The position numbers and the translations under genes are program-made. Under the pieces are notes generated by a model. That model was not told the origin of the DNA, ran no database searches, and saw only the letters and a program-made list of their open reading frames with translations. From positions 4,560,001-4,592,000 of the forward strand of contig OY969938.1 of NCBI GenBank assembly GCA_963704755.1: a stretch of 32,000 bases of DNA, in the 5' to 3' direction. Positions 16,494 through 25,240 of this stretch are shown piece after piece; within the stretch, counting starts at the first letter, position 1, and every line of letters begins with the position of its first letter. Source of the DNA: an uncultured Chloroflexia bacterium (GTDB lineage: Bacteria > Chloroflexota > Anaerolineae > Anaerolineales > Anaerolineaceae).

Positions 16494-17736
16494 TCAACCG
16501 GTTTTTTCCCGGGCTTTTCGAGCCTGGAGGTAGCGTTCATAAACCCGTTTCCAGGAAGACGTCGGCTTTTCTGGCCGGGCTTTCTTTTGGGCGTCATTAC
16601 TGACAAAAAAGGCAAAATCTTCCAGCGTACGCGCGAACGGCGCGTCGATGTCGTTTTCCAGAATGGGCTGGCCCAGGTTGATGGCCTGGATGAGCACATC
16701 TGGGGCATACGGCAGGTTCAGTGTGATTTGTTTGTTCAAGGCCTGTTCGATCCGCTCGCGGGGCAGGCCATAGCGCGGAAAAGTGTTGTTCAGCACGAGC
16801 TTGATCTTCTCATCCGGGTAGGAAAGCTTCTGGTAGGTATCCAGGGCCGCCGCCGCTGCCCGCACCGAGGATAATTCCGGGGCCAGGACCACCAGGACGA
16901 CATCGGCCACGTCCAGGGCCTGCAGGGTGAATTCATTGTAATCGTGCGACAGGTCGGCGATGATATAGTCATACATCGGCCGAACCAGTTTAAAGGCCAC
17001 GTTGAGCAAGCCCTCGGAGAGCATTTCGGCATCGCTGGGTGAGGTCGGTGAGGCGATAAACTCCAGGCCGCTGTTGTGCTTGGAGATGACCGAATGGAGC
17101 AGCTCGGTATCCAGGTCCAGCGGCTGATAGCCGGCCAGGTCCGCCCAGGTGCGCTTTAGGGGCATATTCAACATCAGGGAGGTCTGGCCGGCCATGAAGA
17201 CCAGGTCGACCAACAGGGTGGGGACGTTCCACAGGTTGTTCAAGCCAATCGCCAGATTGACCGCGATCGTAGACGTGCCCACACCACCCCGTAAGGAATG
17301 GACGGCGATGAATTTTGCATTTTTGATCTGCTGGCTTTCGCCGGCCGGCAGCGCATGGCGGATTGCCTCGGTGCGTTTGAGCAGGACTTTAAGCCGGGCG
17401 GCTAACTCCTCTGGTTCGAAGGGCTTGGTGAGGTAGTCGTCGGCTCCTGATTCGAACGAATCCAGTTTATCTTGCAGGGTCGACTGGCTGGTCAGCACGA
17501 TGATGGGGGTATTGCCGAACTGCGGTTCTCGCCTCAGCCTGCGGGTGACCTCGTACCCGGATACATCCGGAAGGTTGAGGTCGGTAATGATGACATCCGG
17601 CTTGTTGATGTGGGCCGATTTCGAGCCCCTGGGTCCCGGTCAATTCGCTGATGACCGTGTACCCGAGCGGATTTAAGGCGTGCTCGATCATCCGGTGAAA
17701 AATTAGTTCGTCATCAATCAGGAGTATGGTAGCCAT
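16494..17736 (-). pseudogene. Response-regulator receiver fused to a ParA/MinD-like (CpaE/TadZ-type) ATPase domain, interrupted by a 1-nt frame change near 17612-17617
   Basis: ORF 17467-17736 starts as a receiver domain (MATILLIDDELIFHRMIEHALNPLGYTVISELTGTQGLEI) and then becomes nonsense. The +1 frame continues AHINKPDVIITDLNLPDVSGYEVTRRLRREPQFGNTPIIVLTSQSTLQDKLDSFESGADDYLTKPF and runs into ORF 16494-17498, which carries the ParA-like domain. That domain has a degenerate Walker A, RGGVGTST, at 17268-17291. Confidence 0.8.
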
Positions 17737-17765
17737 TTTCTTTCCTACCTTTATTTGCGCCAGAA

Positions 17766-20700
17766 TTACCCCGAATTTTCTCGGCTGTGTAGATTTTCCA
17801 GGAATTGGACCAGGCCTGGGATTTGATCTTCAATGGTTTTGATCTCGGCGGAAGCTTTGCTTAAGTCACCGGCGGCTGCCTGGGTATCTAATTCATGAGC
17901 CGCGATGGTGATCTCGTTGATTTCGAAGTTCGCCGAAACCCCTTTAAGGTTGTGGGCCAGTCGTTTGATCGCTTGCGCGTCATTTTCAGCCGCTGCTTTC
18001 TGCAGTTCGTGGACTTTATCCCGCACCTGCTCGATAAATTCTGTAAAAGTTGCCGTGAAGAAAGGCAGATCGTTTCCAAACCGGGGCAATATTTTCTTTA
18101 AGTAATTCGGGTCACCGAATTTATTCTGGCGCCGTGTATTGAGGGCCTTATTGAGGAATTCATCCTGTTCTACAGCGGCTTTCGAAAGCCCGGAAGGAGA
18201 CAATGAGGCCGGTAAAGATCGTGATGCTTGTGGGTCATTGCCTGGGGTGGAATTAGCCGGCCGGCTGATCGGGTTCGTCCTGGGCAGATTGGGGTCAGGG
18301 CTATTCTGTTCGAACCACTTGAGCGAGTGGTGACCTCCCGTAGTTACGGTAGTGTTTTCGGGTTGGGAGGCATTGCTATCGGCCGGTTTTGTGGCGGGGC
18401 CTAACATTGCATCGTCATCCGGTATAAGGTTGTGGGTCTGGCCGCCCGGAAGGACATCTCGCAGCGGGCCGGTGTGTTTTTTGCGTTTTCCGGGTGGTTG
18501 GGCCCAGCGTTCCACGCAGTCGAACAGTTCGAGTGGATTAATCGGCTTGGGCAGGTATGCGTCCATGCCGCTCGCCAGGCAGCGTTCGATATCGCCGGCC
18601 AGCACATGGGCCGTCATGGCGATAATCGGAATGTGGTCATCGGCCGGCTCGTGGGCGCGTATCTGCATGGTCGTTTCGTACCCGTCCAGTTCGGGCATCT
18701 GAATATCCATCAAGACCAGGTCGAAATTTTTGTCCTGCAGCACATCCAGGGCTTCCAGCCCATTTTCGGCCGTCTCGGTAGAATGTCCGATGCGGTCCAG
18801 CAGGTTGACCACTACCTTACGATTGATGGGGTTATCTTCCACCAGCAAGATGTGGCGCGGCACCCTGGATTTAACCGGGTGGGTCCTGGCCTGGTCGGCA
18901 GCGCTGCGACCGATCAGGTTTTTCTCGATCGCCGGGGCAAAAGTTTCCAGCAGGGCATTCTGCAAAGCTTGCAGGCGAATCGGTTTGAGCAGAATGTCTA
19001 CAAATTTGACTTTGGACATTTCATTGGCGAAGCTGCGTGTTCCCAGGGTGGAGAGTATAACGGTCTTTAGTTCACTCAGGCGTGGGTCCTGAGATATTTT
19101 CGCCAGAATGTTGCTGTTCTTCTCTTGTCCCAGGCGGTTATCGATCATCAGCAGCTCGAAGGGTGCCTTGGCGGTGATGGCCTCTTCGATGCTGGCCATA
19201 ACCTGTCCGGCTGAACTGGCCTCGTTAACCAGGCAGCCATAATCCTCCAGGTACAGGTGAATGCTCTGGCGCCCATTCGTGTTGGGGTCGGCAATCAACA
19301 CGCGTTTGCCATGCAGAATTTCCTTCAGTTCGGCTAATTCATCTTCCTGAATATTGTTGGGATCTTGTTTGGTGAAGCTCGCATTGAATGAAAATGTGCT
19401 GCCTTTACCTTTATCGCTGACCAGGGTAATCTGGCCGCCCATCAACTCGACCAGTTGGGCGGAAATGGCCAGCCCCAGGCCGGTTCCGCCGTACTTGCGA
19501 GTAGTGGACATATCCCCCTGGGTAAAGCGGTTGAAAATAGCCTGCTGGCGCTCAGGCGGGATGCCGATACCGGTATCCTGGACGTAAAAGCCCAGGGTAA
19601 CGTGCTGGTTGTTTTCGGCCACCTTGCGGACCCTGATCAACACCTCGCCTTTTTCAGTGAATTTGATTGCGTTACCGGTCAAATTAACCAAAACCTGGCG
19701 TAAACGATTCGAATCACCACTCAGCAGGTCGGGCACGTCCGGGTAGATCATGCAAACCAATTCCAGGCCTTTGCTGGCCGCACGCTGGCATTGATTGACC
19801 GCCACGTTTTCGACGATCCGGCGCAGGTTGAAGTCGGTATTTTCCAATTCCATCTTGCCGGCTTCGATCTTGGAGAGGTCCAGCACATCATTGAGCAGGT
19901 TCAACAGAGCTTCGGCGCTGTCCAGAGCGGTGGAGAGGTATTCGTTTTGTTCCTCGGAGACCTGGGTATCGAGCGACAGGTTCAACATACCGATGACCCC
20001 GTTCAACGGGGTGCGGATTTCGTGGCTGATGTTGGCCAGGAATTCGCTCTTGGCCAGGTCGGCCGCCTCGGCGCGCTGGCGGGCACGGACCAGCTCGGTG
20101 ATGTTGTGATACAGGCCGAGGATGCCCAGTTCTTCACCGTTGACGATGACCGGTACACTGAATATTTCCACATCGATAAATTCGCCGGCATGGGTAACGC
20201 GCTGGCTGACGGTGTGGACCACTTCGCCATGGCGGGAGCGCCGGGTCATGTCCAGGGCTTTGTCGTGGTGGTCGGTGTCGGTGATCAGGTCGTCCAGTTT
20301 TTTACCGATTACATCGACCTGCGTATAGCCAAATAGCTTTTCGAAGGCCGAGTTGTTGGTGACGACCAGACCGTTCATGTCCATGGTCACAATGGCAACC
20401 GGGTTGTTTTCGAAAATTGCCTCGAAAAACTGTTTCTGGCGTTGGATCTCGGTTTCAGCCCGGCGGCGCTGGGCAATGTCGTGAAAAATGTAAATGATGC
20501 CTTGCTGGTCTTCGTAAACCTGGAAGGGGTAACCGCTTATCTCGAACCAGCCGTACAGGGATGGCATCTGGATCATCTGGCTGTTGGTGAGCAGCGACTT
20601 CTGCACCGGCTCGATCACCCCGGGAAAGACTTCTTCGATGTTCTTGCCGATCAGGTCGTTGTAGGTGGTATCCAGTTTTTCGATAGTAGAACGGTTGCAG

Positions 20701-21158
20701 CGAATGATCTTGCCGGTCGAATCGGTTAACAGGATCAGGTCGCTGAGCGCGTCAAAAGTAGCTTCCCACTCGCGTTTGCCCCGGCTGATAGCGATTTCGG
20801 CCTGGTGGCGCTCCAGAATCTCGCGCTGAGACATTTCCTTGATGTTGTAAAGCTCGGATGTGCGTAGATCGAGCTCATCTTTTAAATTTTCCGAGCGATT
20901 GTTTTGGTTGATCTCGTAAAAACCACTAAACCCATTGAGAATGGCCAGGAAGAGGGAGATCAGGTCGACAATCCAGAGGACCGGGTTCGTCGCCTGGGCA
21001 TTGAAAAAGTTCGCCAGGTTAACCGTGCCATAGGTAATCTGAACGGTGATAATTGTGGCGAGCGGAGGGAGTAAGATCGCTCCGAAGAATCCCGCAACCG
21101 GTACACCGATCCGCGCGAGGCTCTCGAAGGATACTTGTGGTTTTGTTTCATTTAACAT
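17766..21158 (-). CDS. Hybrid sensor histidine kinase (TM region, two PAS, HisKA, HATPase_c, pseudo-receiver, receiver, low-complexity linker, HPt)
   Basis: H-box FLANISHEIRTPLNGVIGM; the ATPase N and G boxes (NLTGNAIKFT, DTGIGI, GGTGLGL); receiver ILLVEDNPINRKVV...DLVLMDIQMPELDGY; and a C-terminal HPt motif, AHNLKGVSANF. 1130 aa. Confidence 0.9.
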   Translation of the reverse strand: MLNETKPQVSFESLARIGVPVAGFFGAILLPPLATIITVQITYGTVNLANFFNAQATNPVLWIVDLISLFLAILNGFSGFYEINQNNRSENLKDELDLRTSELYNIKEMSQREILERHQAEIAISRGKREWEATFDALSDLILLTDSTGKIIRCNRSTIEKLDTTYNDLIGKNIEEVFPGVIEPVQKSLLTNSQMIQMPSLYGWFEISGYPFQVYEDQQGIIYIFHDIAQRRRAETEIQRQKQFFEAIFENNPVAIVTMDMNGLVVTNNSAFEKLFGYTQVDVIGKKLDDLITDTDHHDKALDMTRRSRHGEVVHTVSQRVTHAGEFIDVEIFSVPVIVNGEELGILGLYHNITELVRARQRAEAADLAKSEFLANISHEIRTPLNGVIGMLNLSLDTQVSEEQNEYLSTALDSAEALLNLLNDVLDLSKIEAGKMELENTDFNLRRIVENVAVNQCQRAASKGLELVCMIYPDVPDLLSGDSNRLRQVLVNLTGNAIKFTEKGEVLIRVRKVAENNQHVTLGFYVQDTGIGIPPERQQAIFNRFTQGDMSTTRKYGGTGLGLAISAQLVELMGGQITLVSDKGKGSTFSFNASFTKQDPNNIQEDELAELKEILHGKRVLIADPNTNGRQSIHLYLEDYGCLVNEASSAGQVMASIEEAITAKAPFELLMIDNRLGQEKNSNILAKISQDPRLSELKTVILSTLGTRSFANEMSKVKFVDILLKPIRLQALQNALLETFAPAIEKNLIGRSAADQARTHPVKSRVPRHILLVEDNPINRKVVVNLLDRIGHSTETAENGLEALDVLQDKNFDLVLMDIQMPELDGYETTMQIRAHEPADDHIPIIAMTAHVLAGDIERCLASGMDAYLPKPINPLELFDCVERWAQPPGKRKKHTGPLRDVLPGGQTHNLIPDDDAMLGPATKPADSNASQPENTTVTTGGHHSLKWFEQNSPDPNLPRTNPISRPANSTPGNDPQASRSLPASLSPSGLSKAAVEQDEFLNKALNTRRQNKFGDPNYLKKILPRFGNDLPFFTATFTEFIEQVRDKVHELQKAAAENDAQAIKRLAHNLKGVSANFEINEITIAAHELDTQAAAGDLSKASAEIKTIEDQIPGLVQFLENLHSRENSG

Positions 21159-21203
21159 ATTCTAAATTATAGGCGTATTTTCACCTTAATGATTGATGTA
21201 TCT

Positions 21204-21567
21204 TTCATTATACTAAATTGGCCCAAACCCGGCTGCCATGTCTTTTTATTGATTAATCAGTCCGCCAAAAAACTCTATTTTCCCAAAATGCCCGCAATAT
21301 GTGGGGAGTAAAGCTGCGCTGCAACAAACCCCTTTCGCTTAATGGGAACTTAGCGAAGATAGGGCCAGGAAATTATTTGTGACCACAATGCCCCATTTGG
21401 GTACCTTTTCTTCAGGATACTAAATTTTTCCTCGAAATGTTTTGCTTTTCTTTTCATTTCACACTAATATAGTAACAGCCTACGATGATGATCATACTGG
21501 AATGGATGTGATACTCATCCTGATTTGAACAACTTTATTTGACTATTAATCCATAGTTCATTATACT
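21204..21567 (+). promoter_or_regulatory. AT-rich divergent control region with three same-orientation copies of TTCAnnATACT, two of them extended to TTCAnnATACTAAATT
   Basis: The copies are ttcattatactaaatt (21204-21219), ttcaggatactaaatt (21411-21426) and ttcattatact (21557-21567). All lie in the visibly AT-rich 21159-21620 spacer between the divergent kinase and kimA-like genes. Confidence 0.45.
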
Positions 21568-21620
21568 TGCTTGCTTTAATGACAATCATCATCGTTATTA
21601 TGAGAATGACCAGGTAAGAG

Positions 21621-23561
21621 ATGAATTTTGACAATGACCATGGCACTACGGTCCAACGCCGTGATTCGGACTACCAACCTAAACGCTCGTGGCGCACTTG
21701 GCTAATCGGAAGACCTTTACAAACCGCGGATGCTCCGCACCAGACTATCGGTAAATTGATTGGGCTCGCGGTATTTGCCTCGGATGCGCTTTCGTCCACG
21801 GCTTACGCGACCCAGGAAATGATGGTCATTTTAGCGGTCATGGGCACGGGGGCATTTGGCTATGTGTTCCCGATCTCGATCGCGATTGTGGCCTTGTTGG
21901 CCATCGTGACCCTTTCTTACGAGCAAACGATCCATGCCTACCCCAATGGGGGCGGTGCCTATATCGTTTCCAGGGATAACCTGGGCGAAATGGCCGCGAA
22001 AATTGCGGCGGCGGCATTGTTGACCGATTATGTCCTTACTGTGGCCGTCTCGATTTCTTCTGGTGTGGCTCAAATCACCTCGGCGTTACCGGGGGTTTAC
22101 AATTATCGGGTGATTCTGGGGGTAGCCCTGGTGGCCTTCATCATGGTCATCAATTTGCGGGGTGTCAAGGAATCGGGGGCTGCGTTCGCCGTCCCGACGT
22201 ATTTCTTTATCTTTGCCATGTACCTTACCGTGGGTATCGGGTTGTTCCGCTATTTCACCGGCTCTCTGAGTATGGTCAGCAACCCGCCCCCAATGGAGGC
22301 GGCTAACCTGGGCACCACAGTAATGGCTTTCTTGTTCTTGCGCGCATTTTCTTCCGGTACGGCTGCTTTGACCGGTGTGGAAGCCATCTCAAATGGTATT
22401 CCTGCATTTCGCGAACCGCGCTCCAAAAACGCCGGCAGCACCCTGATTATTATGGCTTCGATTTTGGGCAGCTTGATGCTGGCGATCTCATTTCTGGCTG
22501 CACACATCCAGGCGGTTCCTTCGGAAGAAGAGACGGTTATTTCCCAACTGGCCCGTACGATCTACGACGGGCGCAGCATTTTCTATTTGATGACCATCGT
22601 CGGCACCACGGTAATCCTGATCATGGCCGCCAATACATCCTTTGCGGATTTTCCGCGCTTGAGCGCACTCACCGCCAATGATGGTTTCCTGCCGCGCCAG
22701 TTGACTTACCGGGGCAGCCGCTTGGTCTATTCGCGCGGGATCGTATTGCTTTCGTTGGTGGCGTCTTTACTGATCATTATTTTCCAGGCCAGCGTCACCC
22801 GCTTGATCCCACTGTACGCGGTGGGGGTGTTCCTGTCCTTTACGCTGTCTCAGTTCGGAATGGCGCTGCGCTGGAAGAAAATTGGCCGGTTAGGCGCGGG
22901 TGAGGAGATCAAGGAACGCGGGTCTACCCTGCGGTACGAGAAGAACTGGCTGATCAAGATGATCATCAACGGGTTCGGCTCGGTTTGCACGGGGATCGTC
23001 ATGATCGTTTTCGCCGGGACGAAATTCCGCGATGGGGCCTGGGTGGTGATCCTGATCATCCCGATTATGGTCATTTGGTTTACCCGTATTCACCAACACT
23101 ACCAAAAACTGGCTCGCCAGCTCTCCCTGGTCGGGTTCAAGGGCATCCCGCGAATTACCCGCCATCGGGTAATCATCCCGATCAGCGGGGTACACAAGGG
23201 CACCATGGCGGCGCTGGTTTATGCCCGCACGCTTTCGGATGACATCACGGCCGTCCACGTGTCGATCGACCCGGAAGAGGCCGAAAAAGTCCGCCAGAAA
23301 TGGGAAATCTGGGGAGAAGGCCGCCGATTGGTCATCCTAGATTCTCCCTACCGCTTATTCATCGAACCTTTGCTAGAATATATAGATGAACTGGAAAAAA
23401 CCCGCCAACCTCACGAGATTATCACCATCGTCGTCCCGGAATTTATTCCGGAAAAATGGATTTCCGGGCTGCTGCATACCCAAACAGCCATGACTTTGCG
23501 CCTGGCCTTGATGTTCCACAAGGGTATCGTTATCACCAGTGTACCTTATCAGGTGAGTTGA
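21621..23561 (+). CDS. kimA: KimA-family (APC superfamily) K+ transporter with a C-terminal cytoplasmic domain
   Basis: Motif-by-motif resemblance to B. subtilis KimA/YdaO as I remember it: SDALSSTAY, YPNGGGAYIVSRDNLGE, LLTDYVLTVAVSISSG, NLRGVKESG, FLRAFSSGTAALTGVEAISNGIPAF, ANTSFADFPRL, LIPLYAVGVFLSFTLSQFGM, and a roughly 170-aa soluble tail (...ITAVHVSID...). Confidence 0.8.
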   Translation: MNFDNDHGTTVQRRDSDYQPKRSWRTWLIGRPLQTADAPHQTIGKLIGLAVFASDALSSTAYATQEMMVILAVMGTGAFGYVFPISIAIVALLAIVTLSYEQTIHAYPNGGGAYIVSRDNLGEMAAKIAAAALLTDYVLTVAVSISSGVAQITSALPGVYNYRVILGVALVAFIMVINLRGVKESGAAFAVPTYFFIFAMYLTVGIGLFRYFTGSLSMVSNPPPMEAANLGTTVMAFLFLRAFSSGTAALTGVEAISNGIPAFREPRSKNAGSTLIIMASILGSLMLAISFLAAHIQAVPSEEETVISQLARTIYDGRSIFYLMTIVGTTVILIMAANTSFADFPRLSALTANDGFLPRQLTYRGSRLVYSRGIVLLSLVASLLIIIFQASVTRLIPLYAVGVFLSFTLSQFGMALRWKKIGRLGAGEEIKERGSTLRYEKNWLIKMIINGFGSVCTGIVMIVFAGTKFRDGAWVVILIIPIMVIWFTRIHQHYQKLARQLSLVGFKGIPRITRHRVIIPISGVHKGTMAALVYARTLSDDITAVHVSIDPEEAEKVRQKWEIWGEGRRLVILDSPYRLFIEPLLEYIDELEKTRQPHEIITIVVPEFIPEKWISGLLHTQTAMTLRLALMFHKGIVITSVPYQVS

Positions 23562-23667
23562 AGTATTTACTCCATCCGTGGATAGGCGCTGTGCAAGTGG
23601 ATTGGGTTGAGCGTTTATCCAGTTGCAAACGGCTAATAGCTAACCTAATCATTGTTCGAGGAATTTT

Positions 23668-24327
23668 ATGGAAATAATCATCGTCGGATGCGGCAGGTTG
23701 GGCTCAGCGCTGGCTGCCCGCCTGGATCAAGCCGGCCATATTGTTACAGTGATCGATTCGCAGCCCGATTCCTATGCAAACCTGCCTCCCGATTTTGGCG
23801 GCCGGTTCCAGGAGGGGGATGCGCTCTTGCAAGATGTCCTCGTCCGGGCCGGGATCGAACACGCCCAGGGATTGGCGGTAGTGACCAATTCGGATGCACT
23901 CAACGCGGTCATCGCTCACGTAGGCCGGGCAGTCTATTCCATCGAGAATGTGGTGGCCAGAAATTACGATCCGCGCTGCCGGTTGATGTACGAGGATATG
24001 GACCTGCAGGTCATCAGTTCGACCAGTTGGGGCGCCCGCCGGCTGGAAGAAGTCCTGTTTGCTTCGGAAGTCACATCTGTCTTCTCGGCCGGGAATGGGG
24101 AAGTTGAGGTGTACGAATTCTTGATCCCATCCAAATGGCAGGGCAAGAAAATCGGTGAAGTCCTGAACGGGATCCAGTGTGTGCCTGTATCGATCACCCG
24201 CGGTGGCCAAGCGATCTTGCCGGACGAAGACCTGGAGTTATCGAAGGGCGATATTCTAAACGTCAGTGCCACCTACGATGGGGTCCACGACCTGCGTAAG
24301 AAATTGTGCGGCGAGGAGAAAAGCTGA
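23668..24327 (+). CDS. trkA: TrkA-type RCK protein (TrkA-N NAD-binding domain plus TrkA-C)
   Basis: IIIVGCGRLGSALAARL Rossmann motif and a C-terminal TrkA-C-like segment (GKKIGEV...ILPDEDLELSKGDIL). GAGGA RBS. Confidence 0.85.
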   Translation: MEIIIVGCGRLGSALAARLDQAGHIVTVIDSQPDSYANLPPDFGGRFQEGDALLQDVLVRAGIEHAQGLAVVTNSDALNAVIAHVGRAVYSIENVVARNYDPRCRLMYEDMDLQVISSTSWGARRLEEVLFASEVTSVFSAGNGEVEVYEFLIPSKWQGKKIGEVLNGIQCVPVSITRGGQAILPDEDLELSKGDILNVSATYDGVHDLRKKLCGEEKS

Positions 24328-24328
24328 T

Positions 24329-25003
24329 ATGTTTGTAGTAATCGCAGGCGGAGGCCGTACAGGCGCCCAACTGGCGCGAATTTTGTTGACCCAGAACCAT
24401 GAAGTGCATTTGATCGAAGACCGGAAGGCCGTGCTGGCGCGTCTACACAAAGAATTGCCGACCGAGGTGGTCTATGAAGGTCGCCCGATCGATCCGCATA
24501 CACTGGAGCAAGCCGGCATTTCACAGGCCAACATCCTGGCTGCCTGTACGGGTGATGATGAAGTCAACCTGGTGCTGTGTTTTCAAGCGCGCACCCGTTA
24601 TAAGGTCCCGCGGACGATTGCCCGGATCAATAATCCCCGTTCAGCCTGGTTGTTTGACTCGAAATTCCACGTGGACGTGGCGGTCAGCCAGGCGGAGATC
24701 ATGGCGTCGATCATCGAGGAAGAGATGTCACTGGGCGACATGATGACACTCCTTAAGCTGCGCCGGGGAAATTATTCGCTGGTCGAGGAAAAGATTCCGG
24801 AAGGTGCCCCGGCCCTGGGGACGGCCATCAAGGACCTGGCTCTGCCGGCCCAATGCGTCATCGCGGCAATTATCCGCAATGGCGAGGTGGTTGTCCCGCG
24901 GGGTGTCACCGTCTTCGAAGCCGGTGACGAAATCCTGGCCGTGACCAACAGCGAGGGCGCCCACCAGCTCGGGAAATTGTTCTCGATAAAGCGCGAATCC
25001 TAG
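24329..25003 (+). CDS. trkA: Second TrkA-type RCK protein
   Basis: MFVVIAGGGRTGAQLARIL Rossmann motif and a TrkA-C segment (GTAIKDLALPAQCVIAAIIRNGEVVVPRGVTVFEAGDEIL). The ATG at 24329 lies 1 nt after the upstream stop and follows GAGGAG. The track start at 24266 is unlikely. Confidence 0.85.
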   Translation: MFVVIAGGGRTGAQLARILLTQNHEVHLIEDRKAVLARLHKELPTEVVYEGRPIDPHTLEQAGISQANILAACTGDDEVNLVLCFQARTRYKVPRTIARINNPRSAWLFDSKFHVDVAVSQAEIMASIIEEEMSLGDMMTLLKLRRGNYSLVEEKIPEGAPALGTAIKDLALPAQCVIAAIIRNGEVVVPRGVTVFEAGDEILAVTNSEGAHQLGKLFSIKRES

Positions 25004-25011
25004 AAATGGAA

Positions 25012-25074
25012 TTGAAATTGGCGAACATTTTGGCGGCCCGCGTAGCGGGCCGCCAAAATGTTCGCCAATTTCAA
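25012..25074. repeat. Perfect 30-bp inverted repeat with a GTA triloop
   Basis: ttgaaattggcgaacattttggcggcccgc (25012-25041), gta (25042-25044), gcgggccgccaaaatgttcgccaatttcaa (25045-25074). It starts 8 nt after the trkA2 stop. Confidence 0.95.
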
Positions 25075-25084
25075 AAAACATTGT

Positions 25085-25113
25085 TTGACCGGTGTAAAAC
25101 CTTAGGGTATAAT
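25085..25113 (+). promoter_or_regulatory. Near-consensus sigma-70 promoter upstream of rpmH (TTGACC, 17 nt spacer, TATAAT)
   Basis: TTGACC at 25085-25090 and TATAAT at 25108-25113 with a 17-nt spacer. This implies a leader of about 120 nt before rpmH. Confidence 0.6.
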
Positions 25114-25240
25114 AACCAATCGCCGTTCATTTACACCACTGTGGATTGCGAAAATTGCTAAATTAACCAAACAGGTAACAACCATTTAGCGACTTGCGCA
25201 GAACACAGTGGCCGACCCTACATTGTGAAAGGAAATCGAT

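Noticed and set aside
21159-21620. A possible c-di-AMP (ydaO/kimA-type) riboswitch upstream of the kimA-like gene
   Set aside because: I looked for the conserved ydaO-motif segments (GGGGACCCA, CCCGAAUCC, and a second ACGGGG-type half). I found only a simple hairpin containing cgcttaat (about 21333-21361), far from the start codon. An Rfam scan would settle it.
23575-25215. DnaA-box-like 9-mers (about 23586, 23608, 23623 and 25141) near the rpmH cluster, which might mark oriC
   Set aside because: Each matches TTATCCACA at only 6-7 of 9 positions. They are few and scattered, with no adjacent AT-rich unwinding element and no dnaA gene nearby.
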